Below, piece by piece: positions 36,829 through 44,863 of a stretch of 44,863 nucleotides of DNA. The DNA comes from a virus. Each line of letters starts with the position of its first letter. Position 1 is the first letter of the stretch. The notes under the pieces were generated by a model. The model worked only from the letters and a program-made list of their open reading frames with translations, was not told the DNA's origin and ran no database searches. The translations under genes and the position numbers were made by a program. The stretch is taken from UHGV virus genome UHGV-0368231; one strand, 5' to 3'.

Positions 36829-39174
36829 TTATTTATATGTGATTTTCATTTCTATATTTTTATATACTTTTTTGCCGTCAGACTCAGTGGTATCGAGTGT
36901 TAAACTTCCAACAAAATCTTTTACTTCACTCGTCCTGTTAAAAGAGGACAAACTGTCATATGTTGGCACTGTGTACCAAAAGAAGTAACCATCTTGTGTA
37001 CTACTTGCGTTTTTCAATGTTTTTCCGTTCGCTTCTAGTTTTACAACTTGCTTACCACTTAAACTAATAGCGCTAGGGTTAAAGTTAATTAAAAATGATT
37101 GATCTTCCTTCCAAGATATTTTGGTCGGAGTTAAAGTCACTGAATACGTACCGTCTTTATTATCTGTCGGAGTAATTGGTTGGGTTGAACCAGTTGGTGC
37201 TGTCGAGCCACTAGTGTTTAAAGGTGTTTTGCTATAAGTCACTTTTAATTCTACTTGCTCGTAATCAATTCTACTCTCACTAGAAGATGCGATTGGCAGA
37301 TTTTTAGTGAACTTTGTTATCTCTGACAACCTATTATAAGTGGTTCCATCGTCAAAATCTTTAACTTGATAATAAGCTGGTGTATTGACTGAAACACTAT
37401 TAGGTATACCAATTTTTGCATCTTTATATTCAATGCTTGATATATACACTTCTTCAAAATCTTTGTCAAACGGGTCAAAATTAATTGCAAAACTTTGCCC
37501 TTTTATCCAAAAGATACGTTTTGGATAAAGATAAGTAGCAATTTTACCGTCCTTTAACACTTCATCTGGTTTGTCCGACTTAGGCGTTCTATAAGTCGGA
37601 CTATCGACGTCTTCACTTGGTTTATAAGAAGGTTGTACTATATCTATACCGTCGTCTTTTGAATAAGAACCTGTTAGATTACTCTTTGCATCTACATATG
37701 TTATTTTAAACAACTGTGGTAAGTATTCATATCCACGTCCACTTGAATAGTCAACTTCTTTTAATGTCTTCATAAATTTTTCGACTTCCGAAGTTCTGTT
37801 GTATTGGGTGCCGTCGTTAAATTGGGTGTTTGTAACGTAATATGGTGAATTTACAGAAACACCATTAGAGTTTATTAGTGCACCACCGTTACTTTCTATT
37901 TTTAATACTTTCTTATTAGTTAAATCAATTTCTGATGTTTTGAAATTCATTATCATACTTTGATTTTTCTTCCAATAAATCTGATAAGGTATCGCATAAG
38001 TCACTTTAGCACCATTAGATAGTGTTTCTGTTTCTGGTCTATTTAAATTGTATAAAATTTTAGGTTTAACAATCGCATATTCTTCGTAAAATGATTGAAT
38101 GCTATAACTTATAAACTCGTGACCCTTAGCGTTAGGGTGTAGTCCGTCTTCTTTTCCGGGTTCATAAGCAAACATTTCTTTGTTAACGTTATAGTCCCAT
38201 ACTTTTAAATTAGAATTATGGTAAAGATCTAACACTGGGAGCGAAAAACTCGACGCTATTTTTTTAATAACTTCGACTAATTCACCTAAAGTATACCCCG
38301 CTTTATTTGCCACTTCATTGTTAGGGTTACATTCAATTCTAGGCAAAGGTGTTAGTACAACTATTGGTGTGTATGGATAACGTTCAGTTAATTGTTTATA
38401 CAGATAATAAATATTACTTGCAACTGTTCCATTTTGTATATTATCCGCATCCCCTAATTCTCTCAACTTATTACCTACAAGTCCCCAGTCATTAGTGCCT
38501 AAAAAAACAGATATAAAATCCGGTTGCTTAGCTATTTCATATGCAACATTACGTCTATCTTGATATCCGGTTCCACTTATCCCCATATTAACAACGTTTA
38601 ATCCTGTACGTTCTGCGATAAATTTATGATAGTTTTTTGTTGTTCTAAAGTTAACCTCTGTAATACTGTCACCTATAAAAACGCCTGTTAGCCCTTTGAG
38701 AGAAGAACCTGTTTCACCAACCACATTTCCTTTTTTAAGTATGTCGTTAATCATAGTTTGCAATTTGTTCGTTTCTACTTCTTTTGCTACTGCGTTTTCG
38801 ATACCACTATCAAAAATTTCAAAATAAAAATTTGCAACGTGTATAGATTTAGTATTACTTTCCAAAAATAATTTGCAATTCACTTTACCAACATGTTTTG
38901 TAACATTTTCTGGTACATTATATTGAAGTAGGCCCTTTTCTGGCATCAAAACGTCAATAGGCTGATTTAATAGAATAGAACCGTCTTGCATTAATAAATC
39001 TAGCCTAGGTGTCATGTCAATTGCATTTAGATCAATACGTTCGCCATATTGATTAATACCTATTCTAATAAAAGCAGTGTTTTCATCTTTTGTATATAAA
39101 TGGTAACCAATATCTCCAATGTTTATATTTTTAGGAGAGATACTCGTTTCAATATCTGTCATTTTAAATAACAT
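36829..39174 (-). CDS. Tail fiber / minor structural protein with SGNH (GDSL) esterase domain
   Basis: 781 aa. VFIGDSITE (GDSL block I) and DGLHPN (block V). C-terminal beta-rich repeats. Confidence 0.7.
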   Translation of the reverse strand: MLFKMTDIETSISPKNINIGDIGYHLYTKDENTAFIRIGINQYGERIDLNAIDMTPRLDLLMQDGSILLNQPIDVLMPEKGLLQYNVPENVTKHVGKVNCKLFLESNTKSIHVANFYFEIFDSGIENAVAKEVETNKLQTMINDILKKGNVVGETGSSLKGLTGVFIGDSITEVNFRTTKNYHKFIAERTGLNVVNMGISGTGYQDRRNVAYEIAKQPDFISVFLGTNDWGLVGNKLRELGDADNIQNGTVASNIYYLYKQLTERYPYTPIVVLTPLPRIECNPNNEVANKAGYTLGELVEVIKKIASSFSLPVLDLYHNSNLKVWDYNVNKEMFAYEPGKEDGLHPNAKGHEFISYSIQSFYEEYAIVKPKILYNLNRPETETLSNGAKVTYAIPYQIYWKKNQSMIMNFKTSEIDLTNKKVLKIESNGGALINSNGVSVNSPYYVTNTQFNDGTQYNRTSEVEKFMKTLKEVDYSSGRGYEYLPQLFKITYVDAKSNLTGSYSKDDGIDIVQPSYKPSEDVDSPTYRTPKSDKPDEVLKDGKIATYLYPKRIFWIKGQSFAINFDPFDKDFEEVYISSIEYKDAKIGIPNSVSVNTPAYYQVKDFDDGTTYNRLSEITKFTKNLPIASSSESRIDYEQVELKVTYSKTPLNTSGSTAPTGSTQPITPTDNKDGTYSVTLTPTKISWKEDQSFLINFNPSAISLSGKQVVKLEANGKTLKNASSTQDGYFFWYTVPTYDSLSSFNRTSEVKDFVGSLTLDTTESDGKKVYKNIEMKITYK

Positions 39175-39222
39175 GCATACACCTCTTTTAAAATTAAAAG
39201 GTTACCCACTGTCAGTGAATAA
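39175..39222 (-). terminator. Hairpin GGTTA-(15)-TAACC with downstream T-run ahead of the RBS of the GDSL fiber gene
   Basis: Minus strand reads GGTTAttcactgacagtgggTAACCTTTTAATTTTaaaagaGGTG..ATG. Confidence 0.4.
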
Positions 39223-39224
39223 CC

Positions 39225-41159
39225 TTACTTATATTTATCTTGGATAAAATAAAGCCCTTTTAACCCTATTTTTTTGTAATAACTGTATATCGTGCTTGCT
39301 TGATGACTGCACCAACGAATGTCTGTCGCATATTGATGTGTACCTGGATTTTTAGGGTTCCAACGCATACGATACAACGTATTTTGACCTTTGTTGATGT
39401 AATCTTGTCTAACAAATTTAGCCCCGCCTATTATCGCTTTAGCAGGCGTAGTCCAACCACGATTTTTAGCAAATGCTATCGCATTATTAGGGTTGTTATC
39501 ATATGCACCTATGCCGAAGTAGTTGTACATACCATAACGCCCACTAGCAAAGTTACTTGTACCATTCCCACTTTCTAATAAAGCATGAGCGATCAAGTAT
39601 ATCTCATTGATATTATGTTTTTTACATCCTTCCGCAAAGGCCTTACCCTGTCCTGCAAGTGTACCTTTACCTTTTAGAATAACATTCAATTTATCTACGC
39701 TAATACCTTGATACTTGCCTAAATTAAGCATTTGGTATCTTTGTGATGAGCTATTCCATATAGATGTAGGGTTCATTGCTGCACTTACGGCTGAACGGCT
39801 AGGGAAGTACCAACTATAACCATTACTTTTTTGTGGATACCCTCTACTCATTTGTAAGTTGAGCGCTTGAGTAAATGTAAAACCACTCTTTTCTACTGTA
39901 ACCTTAGCCTTAGTTTGTTTTGATGGCGTAGTTTTTTTAGATTTAGAAGTAGATGGTGTAGTAACTGTCGGTTTAGTCGTTTTTGCCTCTTTGTCAGATT
40001 TAATTTTGATTATTTTTGTGCTTGTAGTTGTTACTATTTTTTCTTTTAGTAACTTATCTTTTTTGAGGTACATCTCAATAATCTTACTTTCGACTTCTTT
40101 GTACTTACTTTCATCAGGAATGCCGTTTTTTATCATGTCGTAATTGATTAAATCTTTCATTGAGCGCCAAATATTAGGGTCTGCTTTGATTGTACTTTCT
40201 GATAATTTGATTTTTGACCAACTCATCAACCATACACCGTATATCAATGCTTGTAATTGGTTTAGCATGAATTGACGCTTACTTTCTGTTTGTGCGCCAC
40301 AAACTTCTATCACTAACCAACCTGGATGTGAGGGTGCCTCTGTGTCAGGTGGTCTAGGCGTCCATATTTGCTCACGGTCAATATAAACGTGTGGATATTC
40401 ATCTTTGCTGACAAATCTATTACGTTGCAGATACAACTCTTCAACATCGCGCAAATGAGGACATTCTTTGATATATATACCTTTAGGTTTAGTCATCAAA
40501 TTGCCGTCATCTACGATTAAATGGTCGTTATATTCTAACTCTTTATCTAGAGAATATAAAAAGTCAGTATATTGGACTTTTTTAACCTTTTTGGTAGTTG
40601 GCTTTGTTTGTTCGGTGGTATTTTTGTCTGGTGTGGGCGATGTACTAGGTACAGGTTTAGTAGGTTTAGTAGGCTTAGTTGTTGGTTTAGGTTTCTTTTT
40701 AACTTCTTTTTGATATGGTGGTCTAACAAACCCACTAATACCGTAATAACTATGTTTTTCTAACGAACCAGGAGAACCTGTATAGCCGTTGGCATTTCGC
40801 CAATTTTGGTCAACGCTAGTAAAATAATTGCGGTTACTTGGTCCTACAACTACAGCTGTGTGGCCTGTACCGTTGTTAAATGAACCTGTCCCCCAAACAG
40901 CAAAATCACCAGGCTTGGGAACAAATGACGCTGTATTTCTGTAAAATTTAAACCCTCTAGGATAGCGATACCATGCCATAGCGATAGCGTTACCTGTTGT
41001 AAAAAAATTCCAATACCTTTTGAAAATGAAGTTAGGTAAGTCCCAACATTGCGCGCCATAATAACCATCGACATCTAGCCTTTTACCTATCCTGCTTCTT
41101 GCCCATGCCGCAACCTCTGACGCTGTAGGTTTTCGTTTTTTCGGGTTTGGTAATCCCAT
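39225..41159 (-). CDS. Virion-associated peptidoglycan hydrolase: N-terminal CHAP peptidase plus C-terminal glucosaminidase (mannosyl-glycoprotein endo-beta-N-acetylglucosaminidase) domain
   Basis: YGAQCWDL...GHTAVVV (CHAP). C-terminal KHNINEIYLIAHALLESGNGTS (glucosaminidase). Central TKPTKPTKP linker encoded by 9-bp tandem repeats (~40650-40695). Confidence 0.8.
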   Translation of the reverse strand: MGLPNPKKRKPTASEVAAWARSRIGKRLDVDGYYGAQCWDLPNFIFKRYWNFFTTGNAIAMAWYRYPRGFKFYRNTASFVPKPGDFAVWGTGSFNNGTGHTAVVVGPSNRNYFTSVDQNWRNANGYTGSPGSLEKHSYYGISGFVRPPYQKEVKKKPKPTTKPTKPTKPVPSTSPTPDKNTTEQTKPTTKKVKKVQYTDFLYSLDKELEYNDHLIVDDGNLMTKPKGIYIKECPHLRDVEELYLQRNRFVSKDEYPHVYIDREQIWTPRPPDTEAPSHPGWLVIEVCGAQTESKRQFMLNQLQALIYGVWLMSWSKIKLSESTIKADPNIWRSMKDLINYDMIKNGIPDESKYKEVESKIIEMYLKKDKLLKEKIVTTTSTKIIKIKSDKEAKTTKPTVTTPSTSKSKKTTPSKQTKAKVTVEKSGFTFTQALNLQMSRGYPQKSNGYSWYFPSRSAVSAAMNPTSIWNSSSQRYQMLNLGKYQGISVDKLNVILKGKGTLAGQGKAFAEGCKKHNINEIYLIAHALLESGNGTSNFASGRYGMYNYFGIGAYDNNPNNAIAFAKNRGWTTPAKAIIGGAKFVRQDYINKGQNTLYRMRWNPKNPGTHQYATDIRWCSHQASTIYSYYKKIGLKGLYFIQDKYK

Positions 41160-41171
41160 TTATCCACCTCC

Positions 41172-41202
41172 AAAATAAAAAGCCGACTAATTAAAGTCGA
41201 CT
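41172..41202 (-). terminator. Hairpin AGCCGACT-aattaa-AGTCGACT plus T-run, then RBS GGAGGTGG of the tail hydrolase gene
   Basis: Shares AGTCGGCTTTTTATTTTGGA with the module at 36795-36824. Confidence 0.55.
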
Positions 41203-41597
41203 TAAAAAAAGACTTGTGCAAATGCAAAGGCAGCGCCGACTAAAGTACCAGCTAAACCTATGAGTGCTACAATGATTTGAACACTACCTTTTTGTTTTGT
41301 TTCTATTGTCCCTTGAATAGTTTCTATTTTTTCGTCATGAGACATGACTTTGTACTTAATATCAGTCATTTCATTACCTACGTTAGTCATGACTTTAGTT
41401 AAGTCTTTGATGTTGTGATTGGTCTCTTTTTGAGCCTCATAGGTTTGCCGTTGTAATGTTGTTTGTGTCTCAATTTTCGTTTTTAATTCACCTATTTCTT
41501 TGATGTTCTTTTTATCATTTTCGTTAATCTTTTCGTAAATATCGCCGTTTGATTTAACCCATTCGTGGCGTAGTACATACTTATTTTCGTCTGGCAT
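41202..41597 (-). CDS. XhlA-like (coiled-coil plus C-terminal TM) lysis-associated / membrane protein
   Basis: Start at MPDENKYVL after RBS GGAGGTG. C-terminal TM helix IIVALIGLAGTLVGAAFAFAQVFF. Confidence 0.45.
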   Translation of the reverse strand: MPDENKYVLRHEWVKSNGDIYEKINENDKKNIKEIGELKTKIETQTTLQRQTYEAQKETNHNIKDLTKVMTNVGNEMTDIKYKVMSHDEKIETIQGTIETKQKGSVQIIVALIGLAGTLVGAAFAFAQVFF

Positions 41598-42015
41598 ATA
41601 AGTCAGCACCTCCAACAAAGGACGCAACAAAACCTGTTGCTGACATTAGCCCCATATGTACAGTGGTTAACCAGTTGATTGAGTGATAAATACTTGCACT
41701 GGTCATCAAAAAATAAAGAATAGCCGACAAAAAACCACCAAATGTAATAAGTTTGCTAAATTTAGTGTTTTGATCACTTGATGCGAGGAATATAGATGAA
41801 ATCATTACGATTAAACCTGCAAACATCACAACAATTCCCCAACCCCAAATAGGCATAATATGATGTAACGCTAGATAAAAAGAACTATCATCTAAAACGT
41901 CATCTTGTTCTTTGAACCAAAAGAAACCTCTTAAAAACTCTCTAAAACCATAACTAAAAACCATTATTGCTGCTATGGTTTCGGCCAGTGTCAAATCTTT
42001 CATATTGTTTTTCAT
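41581..42015 (-). CDS. Four-TM membrane protein (holin-like or accessory)
   Basis: Start re-assigned to ATG 42015 (MKNNMKDLTL). Confidence 0.45.
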   Translation of the reverse strand: MKNNMKDLTLAETIAAIMVFSYGFREFLRGFFWFKEQDDVLDDSSFYLALHHIMPIWGWGIVVMFAGLIVMISSIFLASSDQNTKFSKLITFGGFLSAILYFLMTSASIYHSINWLTTVHMGLMSATGFVASFVGGADLYARRK

Positions 42016-42036
42016 ATAACACCTACTTTTATCCAA

Positions 42037-42065
42037 AATAAAACCACCAGCTATTCAGCTAGTGG
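42037..42065 (-). terminator. Hairpin CCACCAGCT-attc-AGCTAGTGG plus TTTTATTTTGGA, then RBS
   Basis: Third copy of the hairpin-TTTTATTTTGGA architecture. The XkdX-like stop codon lies in the stem. Confidence 0.5.
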
Positions 42066-42194
42066 CTCGTAATCTTGACCGGTAATTTTTTTATATTCAT
42101 CTACTGTTATCCATTTAACTGTAACAGATTGCTTAACCTTTTCTAACGGGAATAACCCCATTTTATAGTATCGTTCAACTATTCTGTACATCAT
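42051..42194 (-). CDS. XkdX-like small phage protein (47 aa)
   Basis: MMYRIVERYYKMGLFPLEKVKQSVTVKWITVDEYKKITGQDYEPLAE. RBS GGAAAAGGAAG. Not in the ORF track because it is <60 aa. It overlaps the 3' end of the upstream gene by 20 nt. Confidence 0.5.
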   Translation of the reverse strand: MMYRIVERYYKMGLFPLEKVKQSVTVKWITVDEYKKITGQDYEPLAE

Positions 42195-42519
42195 CAACAC
42201 TTCCTTTTCCAACCAATAATTTTAATACGGTAGCCATATCTTTTTTGACGTTTTCGATTTCTAATTGCGTGCTTAGTAATTGCTCCGATAAATTAGAGAT
42301 AAGAACATCTTTATCGTCAATCGGTTCAGGTGGCAATTCTTTTTCAAAAACCTCTTTTGACTGACCTATCCATTTTTGACCGTCAAAGTAAATCGGCGTG
42401 TACATACCGTCATCTGGTTTGTTTTCCGTCCATTTCTCAGAAGGGTACTCATATTCACCCTCTTCATTCAATGTTACAATGACTGGTTGTCCGTTTTTCC
42501 ATAAATAAACTATTTTCAA
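42175..42519 (-). CDS. Hypothetical tail-module protein
   Basis: 114 aa, between the RBP-like gene and xkdX-like. Confidence 0.45.
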   Translation of the reverse strand: MKIVYLWKNGQPVIVTLNEEGEYEYPSEKWTENKPDDGMYTPIYFDGQKWIGQSKEVFEKELPPEPIDDKDVLISNLSEQLLSTQLEIENVKKDMATVLKLLVGKGSVDDVQNS

Positions 42520-42529
42520 AATATCACTC

Positions 42530-44032
42530 CTAATTTATCCAACTTACTTGAGTGTAGATATAATCTTTTTCTGTCCAATCTCCAGTAACTGATGATTTAT
42601 AAAACAAGACGTCGCCAGTAGGGTTAATAACTAAAAAACAACCCGGTTTACCTGTCGGCGTTCTGACAGAAAATGATTGCGCGTTTTTAACCATATCTTG
42701 TGGCAATCTTGCAAATATTTGACCACTAAAAAGGTTACTAGCGTTGATACGTAAATGGTTCGTTGTTACACCATTCTGAGTTACTATTCTGTATGAGCAA
42801 GGATAACCATTTCTATCTGTATATTCAGTGTTAGCATACGCGCCATTAACTAAAGGTAAATTTATCCAACCCGTATCTTTAAAATCGTTTATCGATTGCC
42901 ACGGTAACCAGTCTCCTGCTTTCGTGCGCACGTGTACCTCATTTGAAAAATATGGAGTGTATATAAATTTCATATAATTTGCATTAGTATAAATTACGAT
43001 AAGCATGCCATTTCGTATAGTTGTCGGTCCGTTTGTAGCGTTATATAAGTAATAAAAGCCGGATTTAGTAATCTGAGTAGGGTTGTCAAAATCTAAATCA
43101 GAAACTGAGATAGTTGTGCCATCACTATTTGTCAACGCAGCCTTTTGCCAATCATAACTACCCATAAGGTTATCTACATCGCTTTTAGTTAAAGCACCAT
43201 TCGTTTGAAAGTCGTTTACTTTTTTATCAATCAAGTTATTAGCGTCTGTTACCTTTGTATCAAAAGTTTGTGTGTTTTGATCTACTGAGTTTTGAAACGC
43301 GGTTTTAGCGATTTCAAAACCACTTTGTACATCATTCTTTTTACTATCAATTTGTGCTAAAGATAACGTTGTTTGCTCTTCTATGTTATTTAAAGCATCA
43401 GTTTTATTTGTATTGATTGAATTGATGCTATCGTCTTTAGCTTTTTGGATAGCTTGTGTTGCACTTGCAGATAGTTGTTTGATTGTGTCTATCAAACTTT
43501 GAGTGCTGCCAATATCTTTTTTGAGTTGTTCTACTTTCTTTTCTAATTCGTCACGCAAATCATCAAACATGCGAATGTAACTCACTTTGATATCGCTACT
43601 GATTTGATTAACCAAACTATCTTTCACTTCAAATTGGAAAGTACCTAAAACGACTGTATCGTCTTTATCTTCGTTTTTATAATCATTAAGCGATAAATAA
43701 ATCTCTCCTAAAACAGTTGAGTTTGTAACACTTTTCAAAAACCAAGATGGTACCGTTACACCAATTAAACCTGTCATAGGGTCGATAAATTCAACATCTA
43801 AAACACCAGACGTGGAAGGTCTATCGCCATTTTTTACAGTATTCTGTTTAAAAAAGGCATACCCTTTAACGTTGTTTGTGCTGATTAGTAAGGGCAGATT
43901 ATCTTTTGTTACCCTAAATTGGAACTGCGCTGTATTTTTATCTAAATTATAAAAACCGATACCCCTATCAGATATCGGTTTTAAATACGCTTCTTCTTCT
44001 AAATCAATTTTAGCCACTTTTTCTAATTCCAT
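42530..44032 (-). CDS. Baseplate upper / receptor-binding-type protein (BppU-like N-terminus, coiled-coil stem, C-terminal beta domain)
   Basis: 500 aa. ATG overlaps the upstream stop (TAATG). Confidence 0.55.
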   Translation of the reverse strand: MELEKVAKIDLEEEAYLKPISDRGIGFYNLDKNTAQFQFRVTKDNLPLLISTNNVKGYAFFKQNTVKNGDRPSTSGVLDVEFIDPMTGLIGVTVPSWFLKSVTNSTVLGEIYLSLNDYKNEDKDDTVVLGTFQFEVKDSLVNQISSDIKVSYIRMFDDLRDELEKKVEQLKKDIGSTQSLIDTIKQLSASATQAIQKAKDDSINSINTNKTDALNNIEEQTTLSLAQIDSKKNDVQSGFEIAKTAFQNSVDQNTQTFDTKVTDANNLIDKKVNDFQTNGALTKSDVDNLMGSYDWQKAALTNSDGTTISVSDLDFDNPTQITKSGFYYLYNATNGPTTIRNGMLIVIYTNANYMKFIYTPYFSNEVHVRTKAGDWLPWQSINDFKDTGWINLPLVNGAYANTEYTDRNGYPCSYRIVTQNGVTTNHLRINASNLFSGQIFARLPQDMVKNAQSFSVRTPTGKPGCFLVINPTGDVLFYKSSVTGDWTEKDYIYTQVSWIN

Positions 44033-44863
44033 TATTTAACACCCCACAATACTAATGCGATTGCAAAACCACGTTCTTCATTATATGGCGTTGTAATGGC
44101 CATTACACGCCCTTTACCGTTCACGTTATCTTTATATCCAATTCCAGCTTTACCATTGATTAAATCGCCTGCTATGACGTCTTTTTCGACGTTTGTATAG
44201 ATTTGACCAATCAATCCTACTGTATTCCATTCTGGACGTTCAGAACGTGATACGTAAGGTAAATTTTCATTATAATTAGGGTTCTCGATTGGTTCATCTC
44301 GCCATTCAAAAACAGGGTTACCGTCTACATCTTCAAACTCTCTTTGAACACGCTTAGTCAACGTCATACCGTACTCATTTTGTAAATACCTATCTTTATG
44401 ATGATATGTTTTATCATTAGCCACGAGTGCTGCAGTACCTGATATAACACCAATCGGTTCATCGTTCGGTTGCGCTTTTCTGATTTTATCGCCATCTAAA
44501 GTGACTATGGTACCTAACTCAATAGGTTGACCACTTTGACTTTCAAACAACTCTGCGATATCGGCGTTATTTTGCGTTAGTTTACCAGCTAAGTTAAGAT
44601 TACCGTTTAACGTGTTAAGATCTACTTTGATGTTTGCAGTAGAAGGTTTACCTGTACTAGAATAACCTGCAACCACTCTATAACTTCCAGGTGATTTTAC
44701 ATTTCTACTATTAAATACAGTTTGTGTGTGGGCTTCTTTGTCAGTTTCAGATGAAAGTGAATTAATTATACCACTTCGTGACCCATAAGCTTTAGAACTC
44801 ATTCCAGAACCTAAAACGAATGAACGTGGACTATACGCTCTACTATTACCAGTTGTTGCTAAA
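44032..44863 (-). CDS. C-terminal part of the tail fiber gene that starts at 1835 (joined across the window ends)
   Basis: The frame stays open upstream of Met-44802 to the window edge. There is no RBS before ATG 44802. It is in frame with the ORF leaving at position 1. The combined ORF is 2667 nt / 889 aa. Confidence 0.6.
   Translation of the reverse strand, partial: LATTGNSRAYSPRSFVLGSGMSSKAYGSRSGIINSLSSETDKEAHTQTVFNSRNVKSPGSYRVVAGYSSTGKPSTANIKVDLNTLNGNLNLAGKLTQNNADIAELFESQSGQPIELGTIVTLDGDKIRKAQPNDEPIGVISGTAALVANDKTYHHKDRYLQNEYGMTLTKRVQREFEDVDGNPVFEWRDEPIENPNYNENLPYVSRSERPEWNTVGLIGQIYTNVEKDVIAGDLINGKAGIGYKDNVNGKGRVMAITTPYNEERGFAIALVLWGVK

Larger units (their letters stand above)
1..44863 (-). 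mobile_element. Complete temperate siphovirus genome, circularly permuted in this window
   Basis: One copy each of the integrase/lysogeny, replication, packaging, head, tail and lysis modules. The ORFs at the two window ends join in frame. Confidence 0.7.

Noticed and set aside
40640-40700. Short tandem DNA repeats (GGTTTAGTA x3) that might suggest a CRISPR or VNTR
   Set aside because: They are only 9-bp units, are coding, and translate to the TKPTKPTKP inter-domain linker of the tail hydrolase. There is no spacer-repeat structure anywhere in the window.
32000-44863. Two tandem prophages (a second prophage's tail/lysis end at 33509-44863 abutting the integrase of the first)
   Set aside because: The first region has no lysis module and the second has nothing but tail-end and lysis genes. 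The ORFs leaving both window edges join in frame without a stop. A single circularly permuted genome explains everything.

Overview
The window reads as one complete, circularly permuted temperate siphovirus genome of 44,863 bp, very likely a Staphylococcus phage or prophage. That host call rests on a RinA-type late activator, a phage dUTPase, a DUF771-like protein, the holin/amidase lysis cassette and the tail-module layout. Almost all genes lie on the minus strand. Reading the minus strand from high to low coordinates: an accessory pair (33509-34538), a tail-tip cell-wall hydrolase, an SGNH tail protein, holin and endolysin; then the attP region with TTAGGGAC repeats (33026-33360). The lysogeny module follows on the plus strand (tyrosine integrase, an Ltp-like superinfection-exclusion protein, an ImmA-like protease and an HTH repressor), diverging from cro. 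Then come antirepressor, SSB and a recombination module, a DnaD-like replisome organizer carrying iterons plus a DnaC-like loader, RusA, dUTPase and RinA. Packaging, head and tail genes run from terS at 16598 down to a fiber gene that starts at 1835 and runs off the window start. The minus-strand ORF leaving at position 1 continues in frame, without a stop, into the minus-strand ORF entering at 44863. The two window ends are therefore contiguous and this is one genome, not two tandem prophages. The most interesting locus is a two-gene accessory cassette between the endolysin and attP, with its own terminator-promoter modules. It encodes a Panacea-domain (DUF4065, PanA/SocA-like) antitoxin, translationally coupled to a 190-aa protein of unrecognisable family. 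That protein is a candidate new toxin or abortive-infection effector. Several regulatory architectures are also directly visible. Four copies of a TCCCGTTTTCGGGA operator flank the cI/cro promoters. A duplicated hairpin-TTTTTT-ATGTTATAAT terminator/promoter module recurs in the accessory region. Hairpin-TTTTATTTTGGA-RBS modules are reused ahead of late genes. A terminator sits after the major tail gene.
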